Assembly: GCA_947623595.1 (NCBI GenBank)
Contig: CANQHC010000007.1
Coordinates: 551-64,550 of the forward strand
Source: an uncultured Clostridia bacterium
GTDB taxonomy: Bacteria > Bacillota > Clostridia > TANB77 > CAG-508
Length of the DNA stretch: 64,000 nt
Reading direction: 5' to 3'
Numbering within the stretch: the stretch's first letter is position 1; each line of letters starts with the position of its first letter. Positions 19,529 through 28,332 of the stretch are shown here, in pieces. Under the pieces are notes generated by a model. The model was not told the DNA's origin, searched no databases, and saw nothing but the letters and a program-made list of their open reading frames with translations. Position numbers and translations under genes: made by a program.

Positions 19529-20578
19529 CTACTCTTTATTTATGTATTGACTTAAGCTTAAAGGCATGTATCTTGGTCCCCTTACTGAATTTATACCATA
19601 TTCTTTTAATTTATTTAAAGAATATTGATTTGGTTCATATTTCGTCAGCAATTCTATTTTCATTACTTTTTGTATTTTTAAATTTCTATTTTCATATTTA
19701 TATGGTATGTTTACATCTATAACCTTGAATTTATACATTATAGATGAATATGGCTTGGCCATATAAAGATATACTGTATCATTTACTCTAATATCCGTAC
19801 TTTGCTTCCAATTCAATATATTTCTTTGTAACAGAGCATTTTCAACATCAAAATATTTTGGATTTGCAGGAATTATCCATTCATTATTACTCTTATTTTT
19901 AGTTTTTATTGTATAACCATAACTTTTATCAATTAAATTCATTATTTCTTCATCAGCTATTGTATCATCTAGTATAATTGTAATCCATGATTTTTTATTC
20001 ATATGATATGCTGGATAAAAGCCTTTATTTTCTAATAATTTTATAATTTCATCCGGCTCAAGTTTAATATCTATTATTTCAACTTCTCCTTTAGACTTTT
20101 CATCTAATTTGCTTTTATCTACATTCATTATAATTCCATACCATTTTTCGCTATCCTGATTCCTAAAAATAGCAGTCCCCGGGAATTTTTCCCATTCAAA
20201 TTCAGGATCATTTCCATACTTTTCCTTAATTAAATTCGTTATTCTATTTGATTGTTCGAATATAAATGCTTTTCCTATAAAACATTTATCTTTTATTTGT
20301 TTTAATACTTCTATAAATTCATTTCTTATTTGTCCTACAAAAGATCCTGTACTATCTTCTATACGAAAATTTGTGTATTCATCATTAAAGGCTAAATCAA
20401 TTACTTTAGCCTTTAATATTCCATTATAATCTATTTCAACATCTACTCTAAAAGCATCATTCATTATGTTTTTAGAATACATGTATATATTATTTTTTTC
20501 TATGAATCCATATTTTTTTACTTTTTCAAAATCCACTTTACTTCTTTTAAATATTTCTTCTTCAATATTCATTTTCAT
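19529..20578 (-). CDS. MmcQ/YjbR-family domain fused to a C-terminal PUA-like (EVE/ASCH-type) domain
   Basis: The middle region FPGTAIFRNQDSEKWYGIIMNV...GFYPAYHMNKKSWITIILD is YjbR-like. The C-terminus WIIPANPKYFDVENALLQRNILNWKQSTDIRVNDTVYLYMAKPYSSIMYKFKV is EVE-like. Confidence 0.55.
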   Translation of the reverse strand: MKMNIEEEIFKRSKVDFEKVKKYGFIEKNNIYMYSKNIMNDAFRVDVEIDYNGILKAKVIDLAFNDEYTNFRIEDSTGSFVGQIRNEFIEVLKQIKDKCFIGKAFIFEQSNRITNLIKEKYGNDPEFEWEKFPGTAIFRNQDSEKWYGIIMNVDKSKLDEKSKGEVEIIDIKLEPDEIIKLLENKGFYPAYHMNKKSWITIILDDTIADEEIMNLIDKSYGYTIKTKNKSNNEWIIPANPKYFDVENALLQRNILNWKQSTDIRVNDTVYLYMAKPYSSIMYKFKVIDVNIPYKYENRNLKIQKVMKIELLTKYEPNQYSLNKLKEYGINSVRGPRYMPLSLSQYINKE

Positions 20579-20592
20579 TGCTCCTACAACTA

Positions 20593-21342
20593 TTACTTAA
20601 CCTTTCTTTCTTGCATCATATATACAAATCTTGATGTTATATTATTTGGAGATATTTTTGCAAGCACTCTTAATATTTTTATTCCGATTCCTGGAACTAT
20701 CATAAACTTATTTTTTAGCATTTTCTTTATTGCATATTTTGCAACCTTTTGACTACTTAAAGAATATAAATTAAATTTAACACCTGCTACATTATTGAAA
20801 TTTGTATCAACTGGACCTGGACAAAGTAGACTTATTTTTACATTAGCTTTTGCTCTTTTTATTTCTGCTCTTATTCCTTCTGAAAGTCTTACAACATAAG
20901 CTTTTGATGCATAATAACTATCCATTAAAGGACCTGGCATAAATCCTGCTATTGATGCCACATTTAAAATATGTCCACTATTCTTTTTCATCATATCTTT
21001 TAGATATAATTTACTTAAAATATGAACTGCTGTTATATTAGTTTTTATAAGATCTAGCTCTTTTTCTAAATCCGTTTGTGTAAAATTACCAAATACGCCA
21101 AAACCTGCATTATTAATTAATGTATCTATATCTTTAGCCATGGAATGTAATTTTTTACAATTTTCTTCACTTGCTAAATCCATTGGAATGATTTCTATAT
21201 TCTTACCTTTTAAGCTTTCTTTTACTTCATGTAGCCTTGCTTCATCTCTAGCAACAAGTACTAGGCCATATCCCATTTTGTCAAGCTCTCTTGCCATATC
21301 TCTTCCAATTCCAGAAGATGCACCTGTTATTAGTGCTTTCAT
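20593..21342 (-). CDS. Short-chain dehydrogenase/reductase
   Basis: MKALITGASSGIGRDMA (TGxxxGxG) and YYASKAYV (YxxxK). AGGAGG precedes the ATG at 21342, so the ORF-track start at 21393 is too long. Confidence 0.85.
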   Translation of the reverse strand: MKALITGASSGIGRDMARELDKMGYGLVLVARDEARLHEVKESLKGKNIEIIPMDLASEENCKKLHSMAKDIDTLINNAGFGVFGNFTQTDLEKELDLIKTNITAVHILSKLYLKDMMKKNSGHILNVASIAGFMPGPLMDSYYASKAYVVRLSEGIRAEIKRAKANVKISLLCPGPVDTNFNNVAGVKFNLYSLSSQKVAKYAIKKMLKNKFMIVPGIGIKILRVLAKISPNNITSRFVYMMQERKVK

Positions 21343-21397
21343 AATTGATTTTCCTCCTTTTCTTAGATACAAATAACTTAAATTATTGCACATTCAA

Positions 21398-23260
21398 CTA
21401 ATTTTTGGAGTCACTTAGTTCTTTATATCTTTTTATTTTCATCGTTGACGTTTTTTCAAATTCTCCTTCTTTGATTTCAAGATTTTTTACAGCTTTATAT
21501 GATGTTAATTTTTTATTAACTTCTTTTACTTTCTTCCATATAATTTCATATATTTCATCTTTTGAAATTTTTCCATACAACTCTTCTATTTTTGTATAGT
21601 CCGGTATTACTCTGGCTGTTATAATAAGCTCTTCTTTCTCCTTTTTACTATCTTCTTGTGGTTTCTTACCATAAACCATTACTTCTTTTATTTCATCTTG
21701 CTTATCTAATAGCATCTCAATTTCTTCTGGATAAATATTTTTACCATTTTGTGTAACTATAACATTTTTACTTCTTCCAGTTATAAAAATGTAACCATTT
21801 TCATCTATATAACCTATATCACCTGAATGGAAATATCCATCCTCATCAATTGCTTTTTTTGTTTCTACTTCGTCTTGATAATAACCAATCATTAAAGTTG
21901 GTGATTTTATTAAAATTTCTCCTTCTCCATTTTCATTTGGATTTTCTACCTTAATATCTGCCTGTACAATTGCTTTTCCTACTGATCCAACACAGGGATT
22001 ATATTCAGGTGTTAGGGCTGATATTGGTGCAGTTTCAGTTAATCCATAACCTTGTAAAAAAGTAATTCCTATATCTTGTAACCATTGTCCAACTTTTTTA
22101 TCTATTGGAGCTGCTGCTGATACGATAATTCTTAAATTTCCACCTAGATTTTCATATATCTCCTTAAATACTTTTTTCTTCACATCAATTCCAGCTCTTT
22201 TTGTAGCATTTGTAATAGAAATTAAAGTACTAATTAATTTTTCTTTCTTGCTTTTTACTATTTTCTCATTTATTTTTTTATATAGACTTTCAACTAAAAG
22301 TGGAACTGCTAACATTCCTGTAGGCTTAGCCTCTTGTATGTTTGGCACAATATATTTTAATCCTTCACATATAGCTATAGAAGCACCTGTAGCTATTGGT
22401 AGTAGAAAACCAATTGTTGATTCATAGCAGTGATGTAATGGCAAAATTGAAAATAATCTATCAACAGGATATATTTTTACATATGCAGATACTGCATTAA
22501 TATTCTCTGCTAAATTTCTATTATTTAGCATAACTCCTTTTGAATTTGATGTGGTACCAGAAGTAAAAAATAATATTTTAAATTCTTCTGGATCTATCTC
22601 TATTTTTTCAAAAGAATCATCACCGTTTTTTATTATTTTTTTTCCTTCTTCAATTAAATAATTTAATCCAACATCATTTTTTTCTATTTCATCATATGAT
22701 TTCATTTGAATGAAATACTCTATACCTAAATTTTCATCTTTTATTTTTTTCATTGTATTTTCAAGTTTTTTAGAATAAATAATTGCTGAAGCATTAGAAC
22801 GAAGTACAATATTTTCTATCTCATTTAAAGGTAATTCTTTATCTGTAGGAATTGCTATTCCTACCCCACATAACATAGCCATATATGAAACATACCATTC
22901 ATATTGTGTTTCTCCTATTATAATTATTCTCTTATCTTTAAGTTTTAGTATATTTATTAAAGCTGTTCCTAATGCTAGAACATCTTCTCCAAACTGCTCA
23001 TATGTAATTACTTTATATGGTTCTTTATGTTTTGGTTTTTCCAATATGCATGGCTTTTGTGAATATTGCTTAATAGATTTCAAGAAAAATTCTTTTACTG
23101 TTTTATAATGTGTTACATCTTCATATGGTGTATTTCTATTCTTTACGTTTTTTCTTTCTAATTTTTCATAGTCTATATATTGCAATTCATCCAATATATT
23201 ATTGTCTATTTTCAACTTTTTAAACTTTATTTTTGGCATTTTTATATTTAAAAAACTCAT
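21398..23260 (-). CDS. Long-chain acyl-CoA synthetase / AMP-binding enzyme
   Basis: 620 aa with the AMP-binding motif FFTSGTTSNSKGVML, plus GYGLTE and SGDIGYIDENGYIFITGR. Confidence 0.85.
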   Translation of the reverse strand: MSFLNIKMPKIKFKKLKIDNNILDELQYIDYEKLERKNVKNRNTPYEDVTHYKTVKEFFLKSIKQYSQKPCILEKPKHKEPYKVITYEQFGEDVLALGTALINILKLKDKRIIIIGETQYEWYVSYMAMLCGVGIAIPTDKELPLNEIENIVLRSNASAIIYSKKLENTMKKIKDENLGIEYFIQMKSYDEIEKNDVGLNYLIEEGKKIIKNGDDSFEKIEIDPEEFKILFFTSGTTSNSKGVMLNNRNLAENINAVSAYVKIYPVDRLFSILPLHHCYESTIGFLLPIATGASIAICEGLKYIVPNIQEAKPTGMLAVPLLVESLYKKINEKIVKSKKEKLISTLISITNATKRAGIDVKKKVFKEIYENLGGNLRIIVSAAAPIDKKVGQWLQDIGITFLQGYGLTETAPISALTPEYNPCVGSVGKAIVQADIKVENPNENGEGEILIKSPTLMIGYYQDEVETKKAIDEDGYFHSGDIGYIDENGYIFITGRSKNVIVTQNGKNIYPEEIEMLLDKQDEIKEVMVYGKKPQEDSKKEKEELIITARVIPDYTKIEELYGKISKDEIYEIIWKKVKEVNKKLTSYKAVKNLEIKEGEFEKTSTMKIKRYKELSDSKN

Positions 23261-23365
23261 TTTGCCTCTTTTCTATAGCTAATTTTCTATTTTTAGCTAA
23301 TTTTATATAATTCTAAAATTTACTTGTATTATCTTATTTTTTTCTTTTCGAGATTATTATACTAT

Positions 23366-23397
23366 AAAAGCAAATAGCTATCAAACTATTTGCTTTT
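23366..23397 (-). terminator. Terminator after the MMPL gene
   Basis: AAAGCAAATAG/CTATTTGCTTT stem followed by a T-run on the minus strand. Confidence 0.65.
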
Positions 23398-23401
23398 AAG
23401 A

Positions 23402-26400
23402 TTAATTTCTTTTATTTTTAACTATTATTTTATCGCAAAATGCAAGCACTGCTGGCAATAATGTTAGAATTAAAATTGTAGAACATATGGTACCTTCTGA
23501 AATTGTTTTGCATATTTTTGCTGCTATAGCTGATGCAAAATTTGCAATAATTAGAGTTACTATAATAAGTATTGAACTTGAAGTTAATATAGTATGTATT
23601 GACTTATTATACGAATCTATTATTGACTCTTTTATTCCTTCACTTTTCCTGTGTTCCAAATAATAAGATGTATAAAGAATAGCATAATCAATAGTTGCTC
23701 CCATAAGTATACTCTGAACAATAAGTATTGCAATAAAATATACATTTTCTCCTATAATTGATAATATTCCCATTGTTAAATAAACTGCTGTCTGTATTGT
23801 CAGTACTAATATTATAGGTATAATAATTGATTTGAATGTAATTGCTACTACTATAAATATTGCAATCATTGTTATTATTGTAATTAGGTTCAATTCATTA
23901 TCAAAAGTTTGACTTATTTCATAAGCCATAGGAGAATCTCCTATTATATAAAAATCATCAACTTCTTTTTCTAGGTTATTTTGCACATTTTTTATAAATT
24001 CAAATGTGTCTTCCGCTTCTGAAGAAAAGGATGTATTTATTACTACTCTTGAATAATTATCACCTATTAATAATTCTCTTGCATCTTCTATTGTTGTTTT
24101 TGCTTCAGTTATATCTTTTCTCATGTCAGCTTCTATAAAATCTGAAAATCGTTCATCTTGTAGAATATCATTATTTAAAAAATTTACGAATTCTTCTACA
24201 GTCATTTCCCATTTATTATTATATTGTTTATCACTGCCATAATATGTATAAAGCATTTCTACTGTATTTTTTTCAACATCATTACTCAAATTACTTAAAA
24301 TTGCAAAAATCTCATCTGCATTGTATTTGGTGTTGTTTTGAGTAGCTTTCATAATACTATTTACAGTATTTAACTTTGTTACTTTTTCTTTGTCAAAATT
24401 ACTTGAATACTCTTTATTTGTAACTACATCATTAAGTAAAAAATTAACAATTTCCTTTAATGATAAACTTGGATTTTTGTTTATATATTTAAAATTATAT
24501 AAACCATAAAGTAAATTTATATTGTCTTTCCCTATACCTAATAATGAAGATAGTTCACTACTATTATATTTTTTGTTAGTTACAACTCCATTCATAACCT
24601 TCTTAACTAAATTCAAGTTTTTAATAGTAGCATTTGATATCTTGTTTTTAAGTGTACTATCGTTTTGATGTTTAAGTACAAATTCAACAAATTCTTGAGG
24701 AGTTATAGTTGTATTATTTTTATCTGAAATGTATAAAGTATATATATTTTTGATATTATTACTATCCATATTTATCATATCAGCAAGCTCTTTGTATGTA
24801 AAAGCTTTTTTATTTATAGTAGCAGACATAATATTAGATAATAGTTCTAACTTTTTTATTGTATTTTCATCTATATTACTTTTTATATCTCCCATTTCTT
24901 TATTGTTCAATATTATTTTTACAAATTCATTAGGTGTAGCAGTCCATTTACTTGTATTTCCAGCCCAATAATCAATCAAATTATATAACATATTCATTTG
25001 CTCTATGTTTATATTTAATATTTTTGACAATTGTTCGGCTGTATATTTAACTTTATTACTAGATATACTATCATCAATTACCATTTCTAATAATCGTAAA
25101 TTATTTAGACTATTACTATCTATAACATTCTGTACTTCACTATTTGCTTTATTAATATTTAAAACTAATTTTACAAATTCTTGTGGAGTCATAGTTTTGT
25201 CACTTGATAGTCCTGATAATGTATATACCTTATCCACAAAGCCATTTCCTAATGTAGCAAATACTTTGCTTAAACCAATTTTATTCATTTTAGTTGTATT
25301 AATATTATTTTTGTTTTGAGAAAATACTGATATACTTTCTAATTTGCTTATATCTACTCCAACTAAATAATTAGTTTTATTTTTTATGTTAATTGTGTTA
25401 TTTATAAACTCTGTTATACTTAGTTTACTTAAACTATTCTTCTTATTATATTTTAGAAGTAAAATTTGATTAATCTTTTTCTGCTCCATTCCAAATAAGT
25501 TTGATAATTCTTCACTATTCATTTGTTTATTAATTGTATTTAGATTGCTAAACTTTGATAATAGCTTTATATTTTGAACTGTTTCTTCATTAAAGCTGTT
25601 TACATAATTTTTATCTTCTAATACATCATTCAATACAAAATTTGAAAACTCTGAAATGGTCAATTTTATGTCAATCTTATTTACAGAAATATAATATTTA
25701 TATAAGTCATTCATTGTATTGTTATCGATTCCAAAAAGATTAGCCATTTGCTTACTTGTCATTTTCTTTTGTATTGTTTGTTTACTTGTAAATTTTGATA
25801 ATGTGTTTAATTTATTTTTACTTTCATTATTAATCTTACTTGCATATTTTTTATTTGTTAAAACGTCTTTGTTCATAAAGTTAATAAATTCATTTAAACT
25901 AATTTGTACATTATTATTTTTTGAAAAATAGTAAATAAAAATATCATCTAATTTACTTTTATCTATTTCTAATATATTGGCTATATCATTTGCTGTTCTT
26001 TTTTTATTCATTGAATTTACAGTAACAAAATTTTTCAACCTTGTAATATCTTTTTTCGTTTTGTCATCTATTTTTTTATTTGTTTTTTCATTTTTATAAG
26101 CTTCTTCTTCAATAAAACTGATAAAATCATTAAATGTCATCGTATTATCTCTATTTGGATTGTAATAATCATAATATAATATTTTCAATAAATAGTCATC
26201 CACACTAACATCTGAACCTAAATCATCTAATTTATTGTTTAATTTATCATAAGTTAACTTTTCATTAATTGTGTTGCCATAAGCCAATAATTCATCTACT
26301 TTTTCTTCGTTTTCAAGTTGATCCAAATACTTTGAAATTTTTTCTTCATCTTTATTATTATATATAATAGCCATCTGATTATTTTCTACAAATACTTTAT

Positions 26401-27505
26401 TTATTTCATCCGATATTGAATCCGTGTAATCAATTCCTAAGTTTCCTTTCAATATAAAACTTGTAATAAATACTATAAGAAATAGTGGAACTGCAATAAA
26501 CCTTATTTTATAACTATAACTTCCTAATTTTTTTAAACTAATATTTGGACTCTTCTTTTTAGTTTTTACTATCCATTTATCAAACATCAATATTAAAGCT
26601 GGAAGTACAAAGAAAATGCAAATTAAGCTAAATAACACACCTTTTGCTAATACAAATCCTAAATCTTTTCCTATTTTAAAGCTCATAAAAACTAATGCTA
26701 AAAGTCCAACTATTGTTGTAACAGAACTACTTGATATAGCCTGAAATGCTTTATATAAAGCATTTTTCATTGCTTTTATATTATTTTTTTCTACCTTTTT
26801 TTCTTGATCATATCTATTCATCAACATTATTGAATAATCCATTGATAATGCCATTTGTAATATTGATGTGATTGAATCTGTAATATTTGATACATTTTTA
26901 AATATAATATTTGTCCCTTTATTTAAAACTACAGCCATAAGTATTGAGGTTAAAAATAAAAATGGTTCTGTATAAGATTCACACATTATAAGCAAAATAA
27001 CTAAAGCACTAACAACTGCAAGTACAATAATCCAGAATGGTAATACTGTTTTATTAGTTTCTGATACATTTCCACTTGTATAAATTGTGTAATCCTTATA
27101 TTGATTTGTTATTTGGTTATATATATCACTTGCCTTTTGTGAATCGGATTTATCATCTACTGTAATAACATATAAAGTATGATTTTCTTTATTATATTTT
27201 TCTGTATTATCATAATCTACACTTTCAATGCCTTCTATAGTTTCTAATTTATCTTTTATCTCTAGTTTTTCTTGTTCTGCTAAGTTTTCAAACATTAAGT
27301 TTAAATTACTTGTCTCAGTTTCTGAAAACTCTTCTTCCATAATATCCATACCAATTCTAGTTTCTGATGTATCTGGTAAATATTCAGCTATATCATGATT
27401 AATTTTTACTTTTGATGATAATATACCTGAAATTACTGTAAAAATAATGAATAAAATTAATATCAAATGTCTTTTGTTTATTATGAAATCTGCAATTTTT
27501 TGCAA
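23402..27505 (-). CDS. MMPL/RND-superfamily transporter with a ~700-aa repeat insertion between its two membrane halves
   Basis: 1367 aa. MMPL-like TM bundles lie at aa ~150-340 and ~1190-1360. The N-terminus reads FIINKRHLILILFIIFTVISGILSSKVKINHDIAEYLP. Confidence 0.7.
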   Translation of the reverse strand: MQKIADFIINKRHLILILFIIFTVISGILSSKVKINHDIAEYLPDTSETRIGMDIMEEEFSETETSNLNLMFENLAEQEKLEIKDKLETIEGIESVDYDNTEKYNKENHTLYVITVDDKSDSQKASDIYNQITNQYKDYTIYTSGNVSETNKTVLPFWIIVLAVVSALVILLIMCESYTEPFLFLTSILMAVVLNKGTNIIFKNVSNITDSITSILQMALSMDYSIMLMNRYDQEKKVEKNNIKAMKNALYKAFQAISSSSVTTIVGLLALVFMSFKIGKDLGFVLAKGVLFSLICIFFVLPALILMFDKWIVKTKKKSPNISLKKLGSYSYKIRFIAVPLFLIVFITSFILKGNLGIDYTDSISDEINKVFVENNQMAIIYNNKDEEKISKYLDQLENEEKVDELLAYGNTINEKLTYDKLNNKLDDLGSDVSVDDYLLKILYYDYYNPNRDNTMTFNDFISFIEEEAYKNEKTNKKIDDKTKKDITRLKNFVTVNSMNKKRTANDIANILEIDKSKLDDIFIYYFSKNNNVQISLNEFINFMNKDVLTNKKYASKINNESKNKLNTLSKFTSKQTIQKKMTSKQMANLFGIDNNTMNDLYKYYISVNKIDIKLTISEFSNFVLNDVLEDKNYVNSFNEETVQNIKLLSKFSNLNTINKQMNSEELSNLFGMEQKKINQILLLKYNKKNSLSKLSITEFINNTINIKNKTNYLVGVDISKLESISVFSQNKNNINTTKMNKIGLSKVFATLGNGFVDKVYTLSGLSSDKTMTPQEFVKLVLNINKANSEVQNVIDSNSLNNLRLLEMVIDDSISSNKVKYTAEQLSKILNINIEQMNMLYNLIDYWAGNTSKWTATPNEFVKIILNNKEMGDIKSNIDENTIKKLELLSNIMSATINKKAFTYKELADMINMDSNNIKNIYTLYISDKNNTTITPQEFVEFVLKHQNDSTLKNKISNATIKNLNLVKKVMNGVVTNKKYNSSELSSLLGIGKDNINLLYGLYNFKYINKNPSLSLKEIVNFLLNDVVTNKEYSSNFDKEKVTKLNTVNSIMKATQNNTKYNADEIFAILSNLSNDVEKNTVEMLYTYYGSDKQYNNKWEMTVEEFVNFLNNDILQDERFSDFIEADMRKDITEAKTTIEDARELLIGDNYSRVVINTSFSSEAEDTFEFIKNVQNNLEKEVDDFYIIGDSPMAYEISQTFDNELNLITIITMIAIFIVVAITFKSIIIPIILVLTIQTAVYLTMGILSIIGENVYFIAILIVQSILMGATIDYAILYTSYYLEHRKSEGIKESIIDSYNKSIHTILTSSSILIIVTLIIANFASAIAAKICKTISEGTICSTILILTLLPAVLAFCDKIIVKNKRN
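24060..26140 (-). repeat. About 8.5 tandem degenerate ~78-aa modules inside the MMPL ORF
   Basis: The recurring pattern is (M/L/I)T(P/I)xEF(V/I)NF(L/V)LND..., then L..L(S/N)K, then (Y/M)(T/N)S.EL(S/A).L(F/L)G(I/M)..... and Y..Y. Module starts include MTFNDFISF, ISLNEFINF, LTISEFSNF, LSITEFINN, MTPQEFVKL, ATPNEFVKI, ITPQEFVEF, LSLKEIVNF and MTVEEFVNF. Confidence 0.7.
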
Positions 27506-27646
27506 AGTGAATCCTTCCTTTCTTTTTGTTTTGCTTTTCTATTATACTCCCATTACATTTAATTAGCAAGTGATTATAAAATTCACTTGCTTTTTAATTT
27601 ATTTTTATATTGAAATTTTAGTTATCTAAATTTTATGTTTACAACT

Positions 27647-28282
27647 TTAACCTATAACTTCTGGACTTTTGTTTCCTTTTGTTATTTTTAATGCAGACAT
27701 GGCAATTTCTTTACAATATGGATCAACTATTTTATTTAAAGATCTTTCAAAGTATTGTGCATCATACCCATATGCACAGGCTTGCAATAAAAACTCAAGT
27801 TGATCAACATTTTTTATGAATTTTGCTTCATCCGTTTGCGCTTTTTCATATTCTTCCCATATTTCTAAATAATCGTTATCTTTATCTAAAGTTTGTAATA
27901 CTTTTACTATTGCTTCTTTTTCTTTAATATGTTTTTCCTCTTTAGTTATATTATCATATGGGGTATAATCTCCTGCATATATTTCTCCTAATTCATGTAT
28001 AATTCCCATCTTTATGCATTTTAATGTATCTAAATTCAGTTTATTATTTTCTATTATTGTTAATGCAAGAAGTGCTACTGAAAATGAATGATCAGCTATT
28101 GATTCGCATTTATCTTTATGCTCCAAACCTATTCTTACTTTTAACCATCCCTGTCTATACATGTTTTTTAATTGATTGTATTGCATATAAAATGATAGTA
28201 TATCATTGTCTATTTTTTCAAATTTTTCATAAGGACTAGTATCTTTTATATAGTTATTATTTTCATCTTTTAAAATTTCCAT
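27647..28282 (-). CDS. HD-domain phosphohydrolase (YfbR-like 5'-nucleotidase family)
   Basis: SIADHSFSVALLAL...HELGEIYAGDYTP matches the H...HD...D pattern. Confidence 0.7.
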   Translation of the reverse strand: MEILKDENNNYIKDTSPYEKFEKIDNDILSFYMQYNQLKNMYRQGWLKVRIGLEHKDKCESIADHSFSVALLALTIIENNKLNLDTLKCIKMGIIHELGEIYAGDYTPYDNITKEEKHIKEKEAIVKVLQTLDKDNDYLEIWEEYEKAQTDEAKFIKNVDQLEFLLQACAYGYDAQYFERSLNKIVDPYCKEIAMSALKITKGNKSPEVIG

Positions 28283-28332
28283 TTAATATTCCTCCACCAA
28301 TTTACTAAAAATAGATTTTTCATGATATTCAT

